The position numbers were made by a program, and so were the translations under genes. A stretch of 64,000 nt of DNA from Amoebophrya sp. A120. Lineage: Eukaryota; Protista; Dinoflagellata. Where the stretch lies: assembly GCA_905178155.1 (NCBI GenBank), contig CAJINV010000001.1, forward strand, positions 12,763,686-12,827,685, written 5' to 3'. The notes under the pieces were generated by a model. The model did no database searches. It saw only the letters and a program-made list of their open reading frames with translations, and was not told the origin of the DNA. Positions 1 through 11,828 of the stretch are shown in pieces (positions within the stretch are counted from its first letter, which is position 1; each line of letters starts with the position of its first letter).

Positions 1-152
1 CTTTATGTTCCAGCGTTGAAAACAACTACTAAACTACAAGCACAAAATTCACTGCACAACCTGCGTGGTTGTAGCAGACACTTCTGCGGTGCCTTTTCGA
101 TGTAAATCGGTACACGTACACTGCCTCGAAAAACCTTAAAGAACAAATGTAC

Positions 153-2535
153 CTGGACTCGGCCGTGGTTCGTTGGAGCCGCCGAATTTTTCGCTTTTTC
201 GAAGTGGCTTCTGGAAGGCGGCGGACGTCCTGCCTCCTCTCTTGAAGGAGGATGGCAGGTCGTACGCACCAGGACCCGGCTTTTGGTCGCTGTGGAGAAG
301 TTAGTAGGTAGCGATTTTTGCGAGTCAGAGCCACTTTTTTACCTGGAAGCTACACTATGAACAATCATCGATCATCTTCTGCTCCTCCTCGACGTCTTGT
401 ATCTCATCTGCAAAGAATGGAAGTGATCTCCACCGCCCTATCTGGTAGAACTGGTGTTCCATTAGCGAAATTTCTGGTTTATTCTTGTTTGATGCAGAAG
501 CAGAAGCTCATAACTATGTATACCGCGAGTCCCCCGCGGGCTCCTCCGGCGGGAGTTCTCCGCGCGCCATCTGCTCCGCGCTGGGTTTTGGTTTTCCCTC
601 CCCATAGCGAAATCTCCTAGAGGTGGCGCCGAACGCGAAGCTGCCCTGGTTGCTGAGGAGACTAAAGCTGCGACTCACGGTGGACATAGCATCGGGATTT
701 TGCCACCCAAAAAACCCGTCCGTATTGGCTGCGTTGTAGGTGCCGGGGCCCGGTTTTCGCTCGAAACGCGACGTGTGCGACTTCCACCGCTCGCCGTCGC
801 GGGCGAAGCAGGACGCAGATCCTGTTGATAGAGCATGTTGATAAATTGATATATTCTATTGCGTGGTCCTATTTTCTCTGACAAGTACTATAGCCAAAGC
901 ACGGCACTGTAAGTTTTCGACCAGCTGCGGAGCAATGACAAATTGCAATTGAACATGAACCTCAGGTAATTCCAAGTAAAGTACTTGTCGCTTCCTCGGA
1001 AATTGAGCCCGGAAAGCTGGAGTACGCGCCTGGGCCCGGTTTGGTTTCTTTTGCCGCTGGCTTGAAGCGGCGGGAAGTGCTGCCAAAAAACTGGTAGTCG
1101 CCTCGTTGGAAGGAGCTGGAACTGGAGGAGGACGAAGAGGCGACCGAATACGCCCCAGGACCGGGCTCTTCCTCGTCCCCGGAGCGGAAACCTGGATGGA
1201 AAGGATTTTTTTTCTGGTTTTTCCGAAGCTGATGAACGAACCAGGCAGGAAACAAATGCTAATGCTACTGTTAGGACATATTCCAGGGATTACTACTTCG
1301 ACAACTTTATTTGCTTAAACAATACCTCTTTGCGTCCCGGACTTGAAGGCCGCGCCCGGGGTCGTGTGGCGCTGCTTCAAATTGGTTGTCGCTTGATAGT
1401 GGCCGGGCCCTGGTACGTCTTGCAAATTTGACAAAGCCTTTCGGACGCCGCCCCCGAACTTTCCTCCCCGGATGCTGTTGAAAATATTGGGCAACTAGAA
1501 GTACTCACACAGGAACTACAAAGATCCAATGAAAAGACAGACATTGATGGGATAAACATAAACTTTCAGAACCAACAGAGACCAAATACTTTTTCGGGCC
1601 GGTTTTCGTGACGCCGTCAGACAGCGTGTAGTGGTTTGAGCCTATTCGGTCAGATCCGATGCCTGAAACTACCTGCTGCGGTGGCTCCTGCTTCACCAGT
1701 ACGCCTCCTGCTGTCTCTCCGTACCCGTACCTGAGCGGCATTTTGATTTTGCTTTTTCGACGACATGTAGCCAGATACGACGAGACAACACGAATTTTGT
1801 CTTTCTTTGACCCTTTCTTTGTGCGAAGATGACTCACAAGCATAGGGAAGATGACTCACAAGCATAGGGATAGGGGGACAAGCAACATACGATAAAGTAC
1901 TCTGCCAAAAAAAAAATACGCTTGTGATGGCTTCGGTATAGAGGGCTTCGAGTAGCGCGCTTTTCGTATGAAGTCGGATCGCGGATCCTCCGGAGCCCGG
2001 CCCATTGTCCGATGGCCGTACTCCACATCTGGCTCAACGGGTGCCGCCACGTTGTATCCCGCGGGCCCGGGTCCCGGCGGTCGTGGTCTCGTCCCGAGTC
2101 GTGCGCCCTAAGAATTAGTAGTTTTGATGAAACGGTCTAGGTATACGAAATCTTGATCTTCTTACTTCTGTATCTCTTCGTTATAGAGAAATGGCGCCGT
2201 CGTACTGACAAAAACGGAGCGAAGTCGCAGGGAATTTTTCGCTTTTATGCGTATAATGCCAACAACAACAAAAACAGCAGTACGCTGACGCCAAAGGGGA
2301 CTCCGAGGCCAGGAAATTGTTTTTGTTTCGGCGGCAGTTGCGGTGTATAGGTACCGGCGTCGGGACCCGCTGATATGCTGCGGTCGGGTATGCGGGCACT
2401 GGTGCTGGTAAACGGGGCGCAAGACGGATTGTGCTCGTAGACCTTGTGGCCCATGTAGCTACCGGGCCCGACACCCTCATCGCACCCGGTGACTGCGCTG
2501 TAAGACTTACGTTCCGCAAGGCTCGTGATCGCCAT
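153..2535 (-). CDS. STPG2-like SHIPPO (sperm-tail PG-rich) repeat protein; multi-exon, 3' end runs off the left edge
   Basis: Seven exons joined in frame by GT-AG introns give MAITSLAERK..VGPGSY..APFTSTSAR, PSIPKPSQA|YGYGE, DVPGPGHY, EPGPGAY, FGSTSRRF, KPGPGTY, FGATSRRF and KPGPGAY. Repeated PGPGxY and FxSxxxRF motifs define SHIPPO repeats. The last visible donor is at 152. Confidence 0.85.
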
Positions 2536-4043
2536 CCTGCTGATTGGCGTGCCGTTGAGACCGCGAAAGAAGCTTGGCTTATCTTCTGTCTATCTCAGAT
2601 GAAACTGCTGTATTTGGTTCTTCGGCCTTCTCAAGCTCGTCACTTCTGTTGGACCCGAACTACAGCTTATCTTTTACGAATCAGCGGGGTGCGATGTGCT
2701 GCACAACAAAAGCTGACAAGTGACCGCGAAGTTGATTCTAGTATATGTCGCGTCTGGGTCTGTGTTGTTTTCCTGGACGACGTCGCCGATTCACCGATTT
2801 TGAAAGCGACAAGGAGGTGCTATCCGCTTTCGTGCACGACGTGGGACAAGCTTTTGCTTGTCTCTATCTCGCAGGTGTCTCCCCTGGTGATCCGTTTTCT
2901 GCACCGGTGCGCTTTCGCCGAGGCTCCCACTTATTGCGGCGAAGGATGCCGAGGCTCCCACCTAGTACTGCTATCGGGCACGGACGCTCATCGGAGCAAT
3001 CATCTACTTCGTTCAATTTTTCGACGTATAAACGGGCACGCGTCGAAGATGCGAGGTGTCGCTTTTTCCTCCTTGTTCCTCTGAACGTGCCTTGGAACGG
3101 GAAGCTACAACAACTTCGCGGCAAGGTTTTGGAAGTCGTCGCTATTTTTTTGCCAGTCGGACCTATACCCAATTCTCCCAGGAAAGGGACACTGCGGAGT
3201 TGCTTGTCTAAGAGAACTGAACTTGTCGTCTTACAGAAAATGACTTTTCGATTTGGAGTTCAGCAGAAAGTCACAATAATTTATCAAGACGATCATACGC
3301 AAACGAACGACGGTAGTAGAGTACTACACGACCGGAAAAGATGATCTCCTTGCGGTCCCTCTCATCGTCGAATGAAACGATTTCTAAACCAACGATCTCG
3401 CGTGATGAGAATCGAAAACGAATATGATTTCTGATGCATTCTGCGACCTGTGCTTGTGCGGCTGTGGCTGTGCTGTTGTTCACTGCGCAGACGCAGATTG
3501 CCGGCGCCAGATACGCCTAGAGGCGACGACGGTGGCATATATATTTATTTTTATCATTGCTCTCAGGCTGATGTCAAGTGCAGAAGTGACGACGACGCTC
3601 CTCGACATTGCATCTTCTGAAGCGACCCATGAGCACGAGCACAAACTCTCACGACTCAACCAAATGCACGAGGAAAAATGACCACCTGAATGTGGCCACA
3701 TGCGCGTGAAGATATTTCTTTCGTAGGAAATCTCGCACTAGATTCAGCCGCATTTCCTTTTTGTTCTTCTGTCGCTACATCGTGGTTTCGAAGTTGTAGG
3801 TTACTTTGAATGAGAACATGTGAGCCGTGCTATCTGTCTTCACAATTTTTGTCATGTTCGTGTTCTTCGGGAAAACGAAAAGTGTTGACTCAAATACACT
3901 ACAAGATTCTGATTCTCTATCAGTGTGAATGTCTCCACAAATAATAAGAACTGGTTTGTTTTTCACATAGTGCGTTCTATTTCTATGTATTACTTCTTCA
4001 TCTTCTTCTTGACCTACCAGATTAATCGCTGCACAAACCGCCT

Positions 4044-6653
4044 CTACAAGTCGGTTGAAAACTTCATGCGTGCAATGATGCTATCCTCATCGTCGGCTTC
4101 GCTTTCGTTGTTCTTCGTCAGCTGGTTGGTGCTTGTGGTAGGGGCCCCACTTATTGCGTCCTCGAAGGCCGCACTGAGTTTGATACCCTGCGCTTGGCGA
4201 ACCCTGCGCCGACTCAAATCGCACCCACTGGTCCACTCAAAGCCAAGTGCCTCTGCCACTGCCAGGACTGTGCCGGAGCCGCAAAACGGGTCCACAACCC
4301 CATCGAAAGTGAAATTGTCTTTCACCCAAGAGAGCACTTGTTTCGTACACTCCACACCCATGCACCGCGTGCGGTGCTTCAGCTGCGCGTCGGCCTTGCC
4401 TCCCTTGTGCAAAAACGCCGGCAGTACGTCGTGCGACCACGCCATTTGCTGTTCGTACACCTCGTTTGCGTTCTGGGCTTCTTTGGTTTTCTTGTTGCCT
4501 TTTTTATTGTTTTTCGTCTCCTCTTCACCACAACGAGCAGGTTTTGTCGTTGCATCCGCACTGCAAAGCGCACCAGTTCCAGAAGTAGATGTTGTGGAAA
4601 CGTTTTTTCCGCTTCGATCAAAGAACTCAGCGATCAACAGGTCACTAGATGCGGCACGTTTTAAGTCAAAGCAACTGCCCGATCCTCTTGTCCCAGTTCC
4701 AGAAGTGAAGGTGTCGTCGGGGCTATCTTCACTTTGAACAGCCGGAACTCGCCGGAACAGCATCTTTTTCACGTAGCCAGCTGGGTTCGACTTGTTCCCT
4801 AGTTTCGGAGAAGCGGTTGAAAATGCACAACTACTCGCCCCAATCGAAGAGTTCCCGGACCTCGGCTCCAGGACAACAGAGCCTGCAGCATTGCCCTCAA
4901 CATCTTCGGACGAGGGAGAAGCGTAGCTTCTTGGGACAGCAGGAGCAGCTTCATCAAGAGTGTGTGCAGCTCCGTCTGCCGAACAGGATGATGAATCGTC
5001 GTGCCGCTCCGGTGTACTGTTTGGCGACGCAGTTGCAGCCACGGGAGAGGGCTGCAGGATGCTGTCACACGTTGAGTCCAAATCCTCCGCCGAGGTGAGT
5101 ACCTCCTTCGGTGCAAGAATCTTTTTCGTAGGTGTGGTGCACGCGACAGCGATGGACTCTGCAGCATCGGTGGAGGATGAGGCGCCTTCAACATGATCTG
5201 AAGCCTCTTTTTTTTCATCCGTCATGCCTTTGTCTTCTAGTACTTCTTTTTTAACGTGATTGTTCATCTCTGTCTCCTTTTTATCGTTGTGATTTCCGGA
5301 AGCTGTCGTCGATGCCACACATGACGAGCTGTTTTGTTCCTCCTCTATTTTTGTCACTGGAGTGGGGCAGGATGCAGCTGCTTCCTTGCTGCATATTTCA
5401 GCCGTCTTCATCCCCTTTACAAAAACTTCATCCTCTCGACTATCGAGGCAGAAATCGCTTGCGGAGCAGCTGCTACTCGCCGAGCTTTTCGCATCGGAGT
5501 TGCGATCCGGATGGTGAAACAGTGTGACTTCGAGCAAGCAGTCGGCCGCGGCTGGAGAGGGCCTTTTTACGCTGTCCCGACTGCTTGGCTCCGCCAGCAC
5601 GCGGCAGACCGCCGTTGGAGCCACGGGTTTCCCGTCAAATTGCCCGTGCGAGGCGAGCACCGACGAGCGAATGTGGATTTCCTGCTTCCGAGAGACGGTC
5701 GTGACCACCTTCAACACGTCCTTCCGGCGGATCTTGGCCCGGACGGAGTGCTGCAGCTTGCCGAGACCACAACCCAGTTTCTCCCAGGTGCCGCACAGCT
5801 CGTTCTTGAGCGACGGGCGCGGATTGCCCTTGCGCACGCACAGCAGGTGCGTGAACCCGGGCTTCTTCCCGTTACTATTGGGGACGTCGAACGCGTCCGC
5901 CGCAATCTTGTGCCACGCGAGCTTCAGGTGCAGCAGGTTCGCCTCCAGCCGCGTGTTGCCGACGGCCCGGTTCGCCTGGATTCGCTGCTCGTCGATGGCG
6001 ACAAAGTCTTCCTCCAGCTCCCGCACTGCGTCCGTGACCAAACTCGCCTTGCTGACCTGCGTCTGAAAATCCGGCTTCACGTCCGTTTGGTAGAACACTG
6101 CCAGGGAGTCGGTGGGCAGAGCGCACAGGACCGCCTTCACCGCGTTTTTGAAGAAGAGCTTGTACACGAAAATCTTCAGCTCCTCGTCCTCCAACTGCAG
6201 GTCTTGGTCTTCCCCCACCATCTCGCAGATGTCCGGCAGGCTGGTAAAAACGCACCAGCTGCCGCTCGGAAACGTTTGGGATACCCAGCTGTCCCGCGGC
6301 GTTAGTCCGGTCTGGCGCGAGGACCAGTCTGCGCTGGCAATGTGGTTGAGTTCCCGCCGGAACCCTTCCTTTACCATACTAGCCAGCCGCAGCTGCACTC
6401 GAACGCGTCTGACGGGGACACTACGGCTGGACGAAGCAGCTGCAGCGCATGGCTGGTCGTTCTTCGTCTTGTTCCCACTGCTGCTGGTGGTGGTTGTCGT
6501 GGGCACATGCCATAAACTTTTTGCCTTTTCGGCAATCTTGGCCCACCGCCCGGCGAAAGACCCGATACCAAGCAATTCCAATGCGTCACCATGCTGCACA
6601 GTCCGGTACGGCCGCAGAGGGTCCTCCCCGGTGACGGAGGGCGATGAGGACAT
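4044..6653 (-). CDS. Beta-class N4/N6 DNA-methyltransferase-like SAM-dependent protein with a long low-complexity insertion
   Basis: 869-aa intronless ORF with motifs in beta-class order: VQHGDALE, VFTSLPD (motif IV position), VFYQTDVK, LAWHKI, then C-terminal VVDPFCGSGTVLAVA (SAM-binding motif I) and GCDLS. Confidence 0.75.
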   Translation of the reverse strand: MSSSPSVTGEDPLRPYRTVQHGDALELLGIGSFAGRWAKIAEKAKSLWHVPTTTTTSSSGNKTKNDQPCAAAASSSRSVPVRRVRVQLRLASMVKEGFRRELNHIASADWSSRQTGLTPRDSWVSQTFPSGSWCVFTSLPDICEMVGEDQDLQLEDEELKIFVYKLFFKNAVKAVLCALPTDSLAVFYQTDVKPDFQTQVSKASLVTDAVRELEEDFVAIDEQRIQANRAVGNTRLEANLLHLKLAWHKIAADAFDVPNSNGKKPGFTHLLCVRKGNPRPSLKNELCGTWEKLGCGLGKLQHSVRAKIRRKDVLKVVTTVSRKQEIHIRSSVLASHGQFDGKPVAPTAVCRVLAEPSSRDSVKRPSPAAADCLLEVTLFHHPDRNSDAKSSASSSCSASDFCLDSREDEVFVKGMKTAEICSKEAAASCPTPVTKIEEEQNSSSCVASTTASGNHNDKKETEMNNHVKKEVLEDKGMTDEKKEASDHVEGASSSTDAAESIAVACTTPTKKILAPKEVLTSAEDLDSTCDSILQPSPVAATASPNSTPERHDDSSSCSADGAAHTLDEAAPAVPRSYASPSSEDVEGNAAGSVVLEPRSGNSSIGASSCAFSTASPKLGNKSNPAGYVKKMLFRRVPAVQSEDSPDDTFTSGTGTRGSGSCFDLKRAASSDLLIAEFFDRSGKNVSTTSTSGTGALCSADATTKPARCGEEETKNNKKGNKKTKEAQNANEVYEQQMAWSHDVLPAFLHKGGKADAQLKHRTRCMGVECTKQVLSWVKDNFTFDGVVDPFCGSGTVLAVAEALGFEWTSGCDLSRRRVRQAQGIKLSAAFEDAISGAPTTSTNQLTKNNESEADDEDSIIARMKFSTDL

Positions 6654-7469
6654 TTGTCGTTCGAAAAAAATAGCGAAGTTGTAGCTGTAACTGTAAGGAT
6701 TTTAGGTTCTAGCTGGCAGTACGTGTCGCAGTTCTTCCTCTCCTTGTGACCTCAAGAGGCAGAAGAAGCGGAGGGCAGAAAAAAAGTTCAAACTCTTATG
6801 ACTGATTTCAGACTCGGTCTTTCAATGTCGGTACTTGTACTCGAGTAGAAACACAGCTCACAAAAAAAAAAACTTCGTCGATTTGGTGGAGCGCATCATA
6901 CTCACTGTAAATTTCTAAGTCTTGATGACAGGTTGACTGTGGTCATTGTATTCGTACGAAAAGAACATCGTCACTTCTTTACAAATGAAATCAGTCACTT
7001 CCTTCTCGCTGTGTGTCAATCATCTTGAGAAACATGCACTAAGAAAAGGCTGCTTAGAATGTCAACATGACGTGGCGCCGGAAGTTGAACATAATCATAA
7101 GGAAGCGGATGATCATGATCTTCATCTTTTTGAACTCGCTGCATCTATCTTGGATCGTTCGATCTTTCGACTAGTACCTTCATCTTTTTTCACTCATTGC
7201 CATGCGTACCTGCTGTTGATGTTGGCTTCTCCGTTTCAAAAAATGACGCGCGACTTCGAGCGCAAGTGTTGTTTCCAGAATCTGATTCTATATATGTGAA
7301 GTGATTCTTCTATCACTATCACTATCAAAAAAAGAAGAGACGAAACGAAGGGGGGGATCTTTCGGTTGAGCGGTTGAGAAGCTTCCTTCTTCTATTCCCA
7401 TCACACATTTTATCTCAACATGTCTATCTGGCAGCGCGCTCTTCTCAACATGACGTTCTGCATTTTCGT

Positions 7470-10400
7470 CTACACGAAAACTTCACGACCATCTCTTTCA
7501 TTTAGCGTTTGTTTTTGTTTCTGACGACCTCTTGGAGTCACACTCGCGCCAGCCCTGTTGACCTCGGAAGTCACAGCTTGAGTTTTGATTCCTTCAAGTT
7601 CTCTTTTTTCCGTTATGATACCCATACCATCATGAGATGACAGAGACTCCTGCGAACGTCCAACGTCCGTAACAACAGCCTCGTCTGGAAGACCTACAGG
7701 CACAATGGCCTGTTCATACACGTAAACTGTTTCTCGCCACGATGGTCTTCGTCTTCTTTCTTGAAGAGTTTTACTTTTATTCCCAGCACTTGCACTGCTT
7801 TCCTTCTCCGCTCCTCCTAAGACTTGGCTCTCCCGTCTGATATGAATTGTGGGTGATTCTCCTCGTAGCTTGCTCGGCTTTGAAGGCACTTCGCCAGCGT
7901 TCATGATCTGCGCAACTGGAGCCCCCAACTTTTGACCCGCCGCGCCAGAATGTACTGCATGAACCTCGACTTTCACCGTTATGCTGCGCTCGTGGTCTGG
8001 ATCGTGATTCTGCAGCGTCAGCGTCCTATGTTGCGGCTGGATTTTGGTACCAGCATGCCGGTGATCTTCACGACGCCCGTTCTTATGGGCGTGGTCGTCT
8101 TCGTCAATGCGCAGCCACGTGACTTCGATGACTTCCTTTGGCGCGAGAACAGCGGTAAAACGAAGTCGCGGGCCGTCGTGGTGGATACTGGAAAATCGCT
8201 GGCGTGATCGTGGCACGTATTTCTTCCACTCACCCAGGAGAAGGAGACCAGGCGTGGTTTGTGTTGGTTTCCAGAAGCGATACATCCAAAAGAAATCGTA
8301 CGGCACATACGCAGGAGAGTCATTTCGAGGAGCAGATGCTGTAACTGTCTTTATTTGATGGTCGTTATCTTGGGGTTGCTGTAGTTCTTCATCTTCTTGC
8401 AACACCGGTTGTTGCATAATTTCCTGAGCTGTCACTCCTGAGTTTGCCGCGGTCGCTCCTTCTTCTTTGCTCTCCCCTGGCGCGCGGCAAGAAAAAAGCT
8501 TTATTTCTGCAGTGTGAGGAGCATGCGCTGGTGCTAAGTCCTCTCCAGCAGCTTCGGCGTCAAGGCTCGTTTGCGGAGCAGGTGTTTGTTGTAGACTCGC
8601 ACTTATGTAGTTGCCGCGACCTTGTTCATCTTCTTCATCCGTATCGGAAGCGGCCGACCAAACGATCCGGAGATCGGAGGAATCGGAAGAAGATGGACTT
8701 CCTTCTGAGTTACGCGATTTTCCAGGGGGTAAACTGGTGTCCCATGGAATGTCTTTCCCCATCCCTTCGCTTGCGCGGTGAATTGCAAGCATCCACTTTT
8801 TCTTTTGGAGCGTATCAGTCTTCGCATCGGTAGTTTCGTCTTGGACGTCGACATCTCCGCTGTCGTCTGCAAGAAAGCTTCCATCTGTGCAAGCGCGCTC
8901 TACTTCTGCCGATATGACATGTTCATCGGTACTCTGGGTTTGAAGTAGCGCGCGGCTCCTCGTCTCGATCTCTTCCAAGTTTTTGGTCGTGAAGTTCGCC
9001 CGCAAGACTGCGACCGTATCGTTGTCGATATGGGAGCTCGCCACGCGCCCCGTCCGGTGGTAACCCCTGAGAAACGACTCGTCCTGTACCACCAGGGGCG
9101 TCCGCGGCCGGAGCAAAAGGCCGTCGCGGCGCGCACAGCGCTGGAGCAGAGAAGCGTCCAGCACCATGTCGCTGACCCCCACCGGCCCCAGGGAGTAGGT
9201 CGCCGTCAGACTATGCACCAGCAGGTTCTCAGCCGGGTCGCCGTAACCATCGAAGTTCGTGTCGCTGGGGTAGTCTGCGGAGCTCCAGAAGTTGTCTTTG
9301 CTCGGCCGGAGACTGCCCAGGGCGTCGAAGAGCAAACTACTGGCGAAGATGTCCCACGTGTGAAGTGCCGCGTAGTCGTCGCTCGCGCGGCCATTCGTGG
9401 CGCGGTCCATGCCCAGGGCCACAAACACGTCGCTTGGGAGCATCATGCAGTACTGGACCCAGACGTCGGCTCGTCCCGCGGCCTCATCGAGACCGGCAAG
9501 CCAGGCCTCGTAGCTGCCCAGAACCTGTCGGTAGTGGGCCGAACGCAGAAACAGCTCGTTCATGAAGTCAATCTCGAAATTGCGAAACACAGGAGTGGCC
9601 GGCGATGTAGAAAACCGCTTCGTCGGCTGTTTTTCTCCTGCCCGGTCCAGGTCGTGCTCAATCGTGGCAACATCGGAATCCACGCGAAACGCCTGCCGTG
9701 CGCGTCGGAACAGCTCCGCATAGACTTCCACCGCAGATCCGTCAAGTCCGTTCGGCGTCAATACGGGCATGGTCCCGCTCTCTGTCCAGGTCCAATGAGC
9801 GTCGTCGTGGCCAAGGCTGCTGGTGGTTGTATTTTGTTCTTCGCCTGGAACAACGGCGTCCTCGCCGTGGTGCAACCGCATCAGCGTGTTGTTTGGACAA
9901 AAGAAAGGGCCGTAGAGCATCAGGGAGGCGTTTGGGATGCTAGTAGCGAAGTCAGAGAAATTTCGGCTTGCGGGAACGTCCGGAGCAAACCTCCAATCTT
10001 CAACGCATTTGACGCCCCAGTCTTGCGGACTCGGATAAACGCCGCGGTACCACCAATCGTCGAGTTGGAGGTAGCGAAGCTTGGGAACTTCTATAGGAGC
10101 TGGCTCCTGTGTTGGCGGCAGTTGCGGCACTACACGGCCATGGCTACGGTCGGAATGATCGGCAGGATCAGCTGCTGCACTCTGACCTTGTCGGCCGCTT
10201 CTGTGTTCCATCGTTTCATTTCCTCCACCAGACTTCCGAAGCACGGGGTAGATTTTGTCGCTCGTGCAGCAAGTGACATTGATGTCGCGTCCGGTGCCAC
10301 GCGGAACATTCCTGTTGTACGAGTCTCCGTAGAACTGTGCGCCGTTGTCGGTGAAAAATCCGAGATACGCGAGAACAGGATCCTCTGCGTCCGGCAACAC

Positions 10401-11828
10401 CTTTTTTCTGTTTTCTCCACGTCGAACAAAGCTGTGCACAAACTTCCCCCAGGCGTAAAGCGTGTCGCGAATCAAAGACTTTTTGGTTTTGTTCGTCTGG
10501 AAAAATGGCACAGATTTTCGGTCTACCGCAGAAGATTTCATCTCTGGAACCACGGTTGCTCCTGTTGGGGACGTGGTCGAATATAAAACCGCTGAGTAGA
10601 CTGTTCCGCTTGGGATGCTCGTGATCTCCCCCGACAGGCCCAGAGCAAGTGCATCAGCTGACCGCATCACAGGAATGTCATCCGTGCTCGCAGTCGTGGC
10701 GTGCATTACTGCGTTTTTGAAATGCGATAGGTGGGAAAGAACAGTCACCCTCTGACCCTCAGCGTCGAACCAGGTCAGCGGCGCCGATTTGTAGCCCAGG
10801 TGGTTCTGCCGTGGCAGCACTCGACCGTATTCCGCATGCATTTCGGCTATCTGACAGCCCGCGAAAAGAAAATAGTTCCAGTGTTTGTCGAAGTAGTCCA
10901 TGCCGGCGAGATCAGCTGAAATTCGGATTTTTTGCAGTCTTTGATCCTGGTCGTCTTCGCCGGCACTTTCTTCACCCGGGCGAGGAGGCCCAGGCCTCGT
11001 TTCCGAAAGGAACACAGGAAACGCCGTCTGCGGTTCCGGGTGGCTGTCTTCCAAAAACGCTGAAGCGTTGCGATATGCCGTTCCAGGAAAAGAATCGCCT
11101 TCTGCCACTGATGAAACCGCGTAGTTGCTCTGAATGCTCTCGGAGTAGACGAGCGTAGTTCCTTCCGTCGCGCTTCCGCCTTCTTTACCGCTAGAATTTC
11201 CAGTACTTCCAGTTCCAGCCGAGAACAGTTGCTGAAACAACAAAATATCCGCTCCTCTATGGTCTTTGGTTCTGATGATGCGCAGTCGCAGCACGTGGTT
11301 CGTCTGCGGGTCCAACGTGAAGCGTAGCGTTCTCGCTTGTCCGGGGGGGAAGGAATCGGTATTATAGGAAATGCGGGTGGTGGTTCCGTCATGGTCCTCG
11401 GTTGCATATCTTCCATTTTGCGCTTCTTTTTCTTTTTCATCTCCTACTTCCTCAAAACCCCCGTCGGCAAAGACTTCGCGCCACTGCCCGCGGAAAAAAG
11501 TTCGCACGGGGGACCAGAGCCCTATGAGACCAAGGTCGCGAAGCGCAGCGTTTGAAAACCCGATGATGGTCTTCCTGAGGCTCTTGCCATTTTTAGACGT
11601 GTGTTTGTCCTGTTGGTCCTGTTCTAAATGTTGTACTGGGCTTGCGGTTTCATCCCGCCCGATTGTGGTTTTCGCTGCTAGGGACGAGGCGATGTTGACT
11701 GTACCCACTTTCACCTCGTCACCGTGGGCGGTCGGAAAGAAGGCGACTGTGACGAGAAACAACGACCAGATCACAACGAGCACACCGGAAGACCTGCACG
11801 AGCAACGTGCAGGCAGTAGGCGACGCAT
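7470..11828 (-). CDS. Secreted glycoside-hydrolase-like protein (GH-D clan, GH36/raffinose-synthase-like barrel motifs)
   Basis: 1452-aa ORF with an N-terminal hydrophobic signal (VLVVIWSLFLVTVAFFPTAHG) and motifs GFFTDNGAQF, YLQLDDWWY, FEIDF, RASDDY, GPVGVSD and DGLLLRP, resembling GH36-type LDDxW, RASDD, GPxxxSD and DGxILR. Confidence 0.6.
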   Translation of the reverse strand: MRRLLPARCSCRSSGVLVVIWSLFLVTVAFFPTAHGDEVKVGTVNIASSLAAKTTIGRDETASPVQHLEQDQQDKHTSKNGKSLRKTIIGFSNAALRDLGLIGLWSPVRTFFRGQWREVFADGGFEEVGDEKEKEAQNGRYATEDHDGTTTRISYNTDSFPPGQARTLRFTLDPQTNHVLRLRIIRTKDHRGADILLFQQLFSAGTGSTGNSSGKEGGSATEGTTLVYSESIQSNYAVSSVAEGDSFPGTAYRNASAFLEDSHPEPQTAFPVFLSETRPGPPRPGEESAGEDDQDQRLQKIRISADLAGMDYFDKHWNYFLFAGCQIAEMHAEYGRVLPRQNHLGYKSAPLTWFDAEGQRVTVLSHLSHFKNAVMHATTASTDDIPVMRSADALALGLSGEITSIPSGTVYSAVLYSTTSPTGATVVPEMKSSAVDRKSVPFFQTNKTKKSLIRDTLYAWGKFVHSFVRRGENRKKVLPDAEDPVLAYLGFFTDNGAQFYGDSYNRNVPRGTGRDINVTCCTSDKIYPVLRKSGGGNETMEHRSGRQGQSAAADPADHSDRSHGRVVPQLPPTQEPAPIEVPKLRYLQLDDWWYRGVYPSPQDWGVKCVEDWRFAPDVPASRNFSDFATSIPNASLMLYGPFFCPNNTLMRLHHGEDAVVPGEEQNTTTSSLGHDDAHWTWTESGTMPVLTPNGLDGSAVEVYAELFRRARQAFRVDSDVATIEHDLDRAGEKQPTKRFSTSPATPVFRNFEIDFMNELFLRSAHYRQVLGSYEAWLAGLDEAAGRADVWVQYCMMLPSDVFVALGMDRATNGRASDDYAALHTWDIFASSLLFDALGSLRPSKDNFWSSADYPSDTNFDGYGDPAENLLVHSLTATYSLGPVGVSDMVLDASLLQRCARRDGLLLRPRTPLVVQDESFLRGYHRTGRVASSHIDNDTVAVLRANFTTKNLEEIETRSRALLQTQSTDEHVISAEVERACTDGSFLADDSGDVDVQDETTDAKTDTLQKKKWMLAIHRASEGMGKDIPWDTSLPPGKSRNSEGSPSSSDSSDLRIVWSAASDTDEEDEQGRGNYISASLQQTPAPQTSLDAEAAGEDLAPAHAPHTAEIKLFSCRAPGESKEEGATAANSGVTAQEIMQQPVLQEDEELQQPQDNDHQIKTVTASAPRNDSPAYVPYDFFWMYRFWKPTQTTPGLLLLGEWKKYVPRSRQRFSSIHHDGPRLRFTAVLAPKEVIEVTWLRIDEDDHAHKNGRREDHRHAGTKIQPQHRTLTLQNHDPDHERSITVKVEVHAVHSGAAGQKLGAPVAQIMNAGEVPSKPSKLRGESPTIHIRRESQVLGGAEKESSASAGNKSKTLQERRRRPSWRETVYVYEQAIVPVGLPDEAVVTDVGRSQESLSSHDGMGIITEKRELEGIKTQAVTSEVNRAGASVTPRGRQKQKQTLNERDGREVFV

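Noticed and set aside
1826-1870. 22-bp tandem duplication GAAGATGACTCACAAGCATAGG
   Set aside because: Ordinary slippage duplication inside a canonical intron.
9030-10586. Long plus-strand ORFs (also 5334-6305, 3925-4737, 24275-24892)
   Set aside because: Antisense shadows of GC-rich minus-strand genes; no recognisable motifs.
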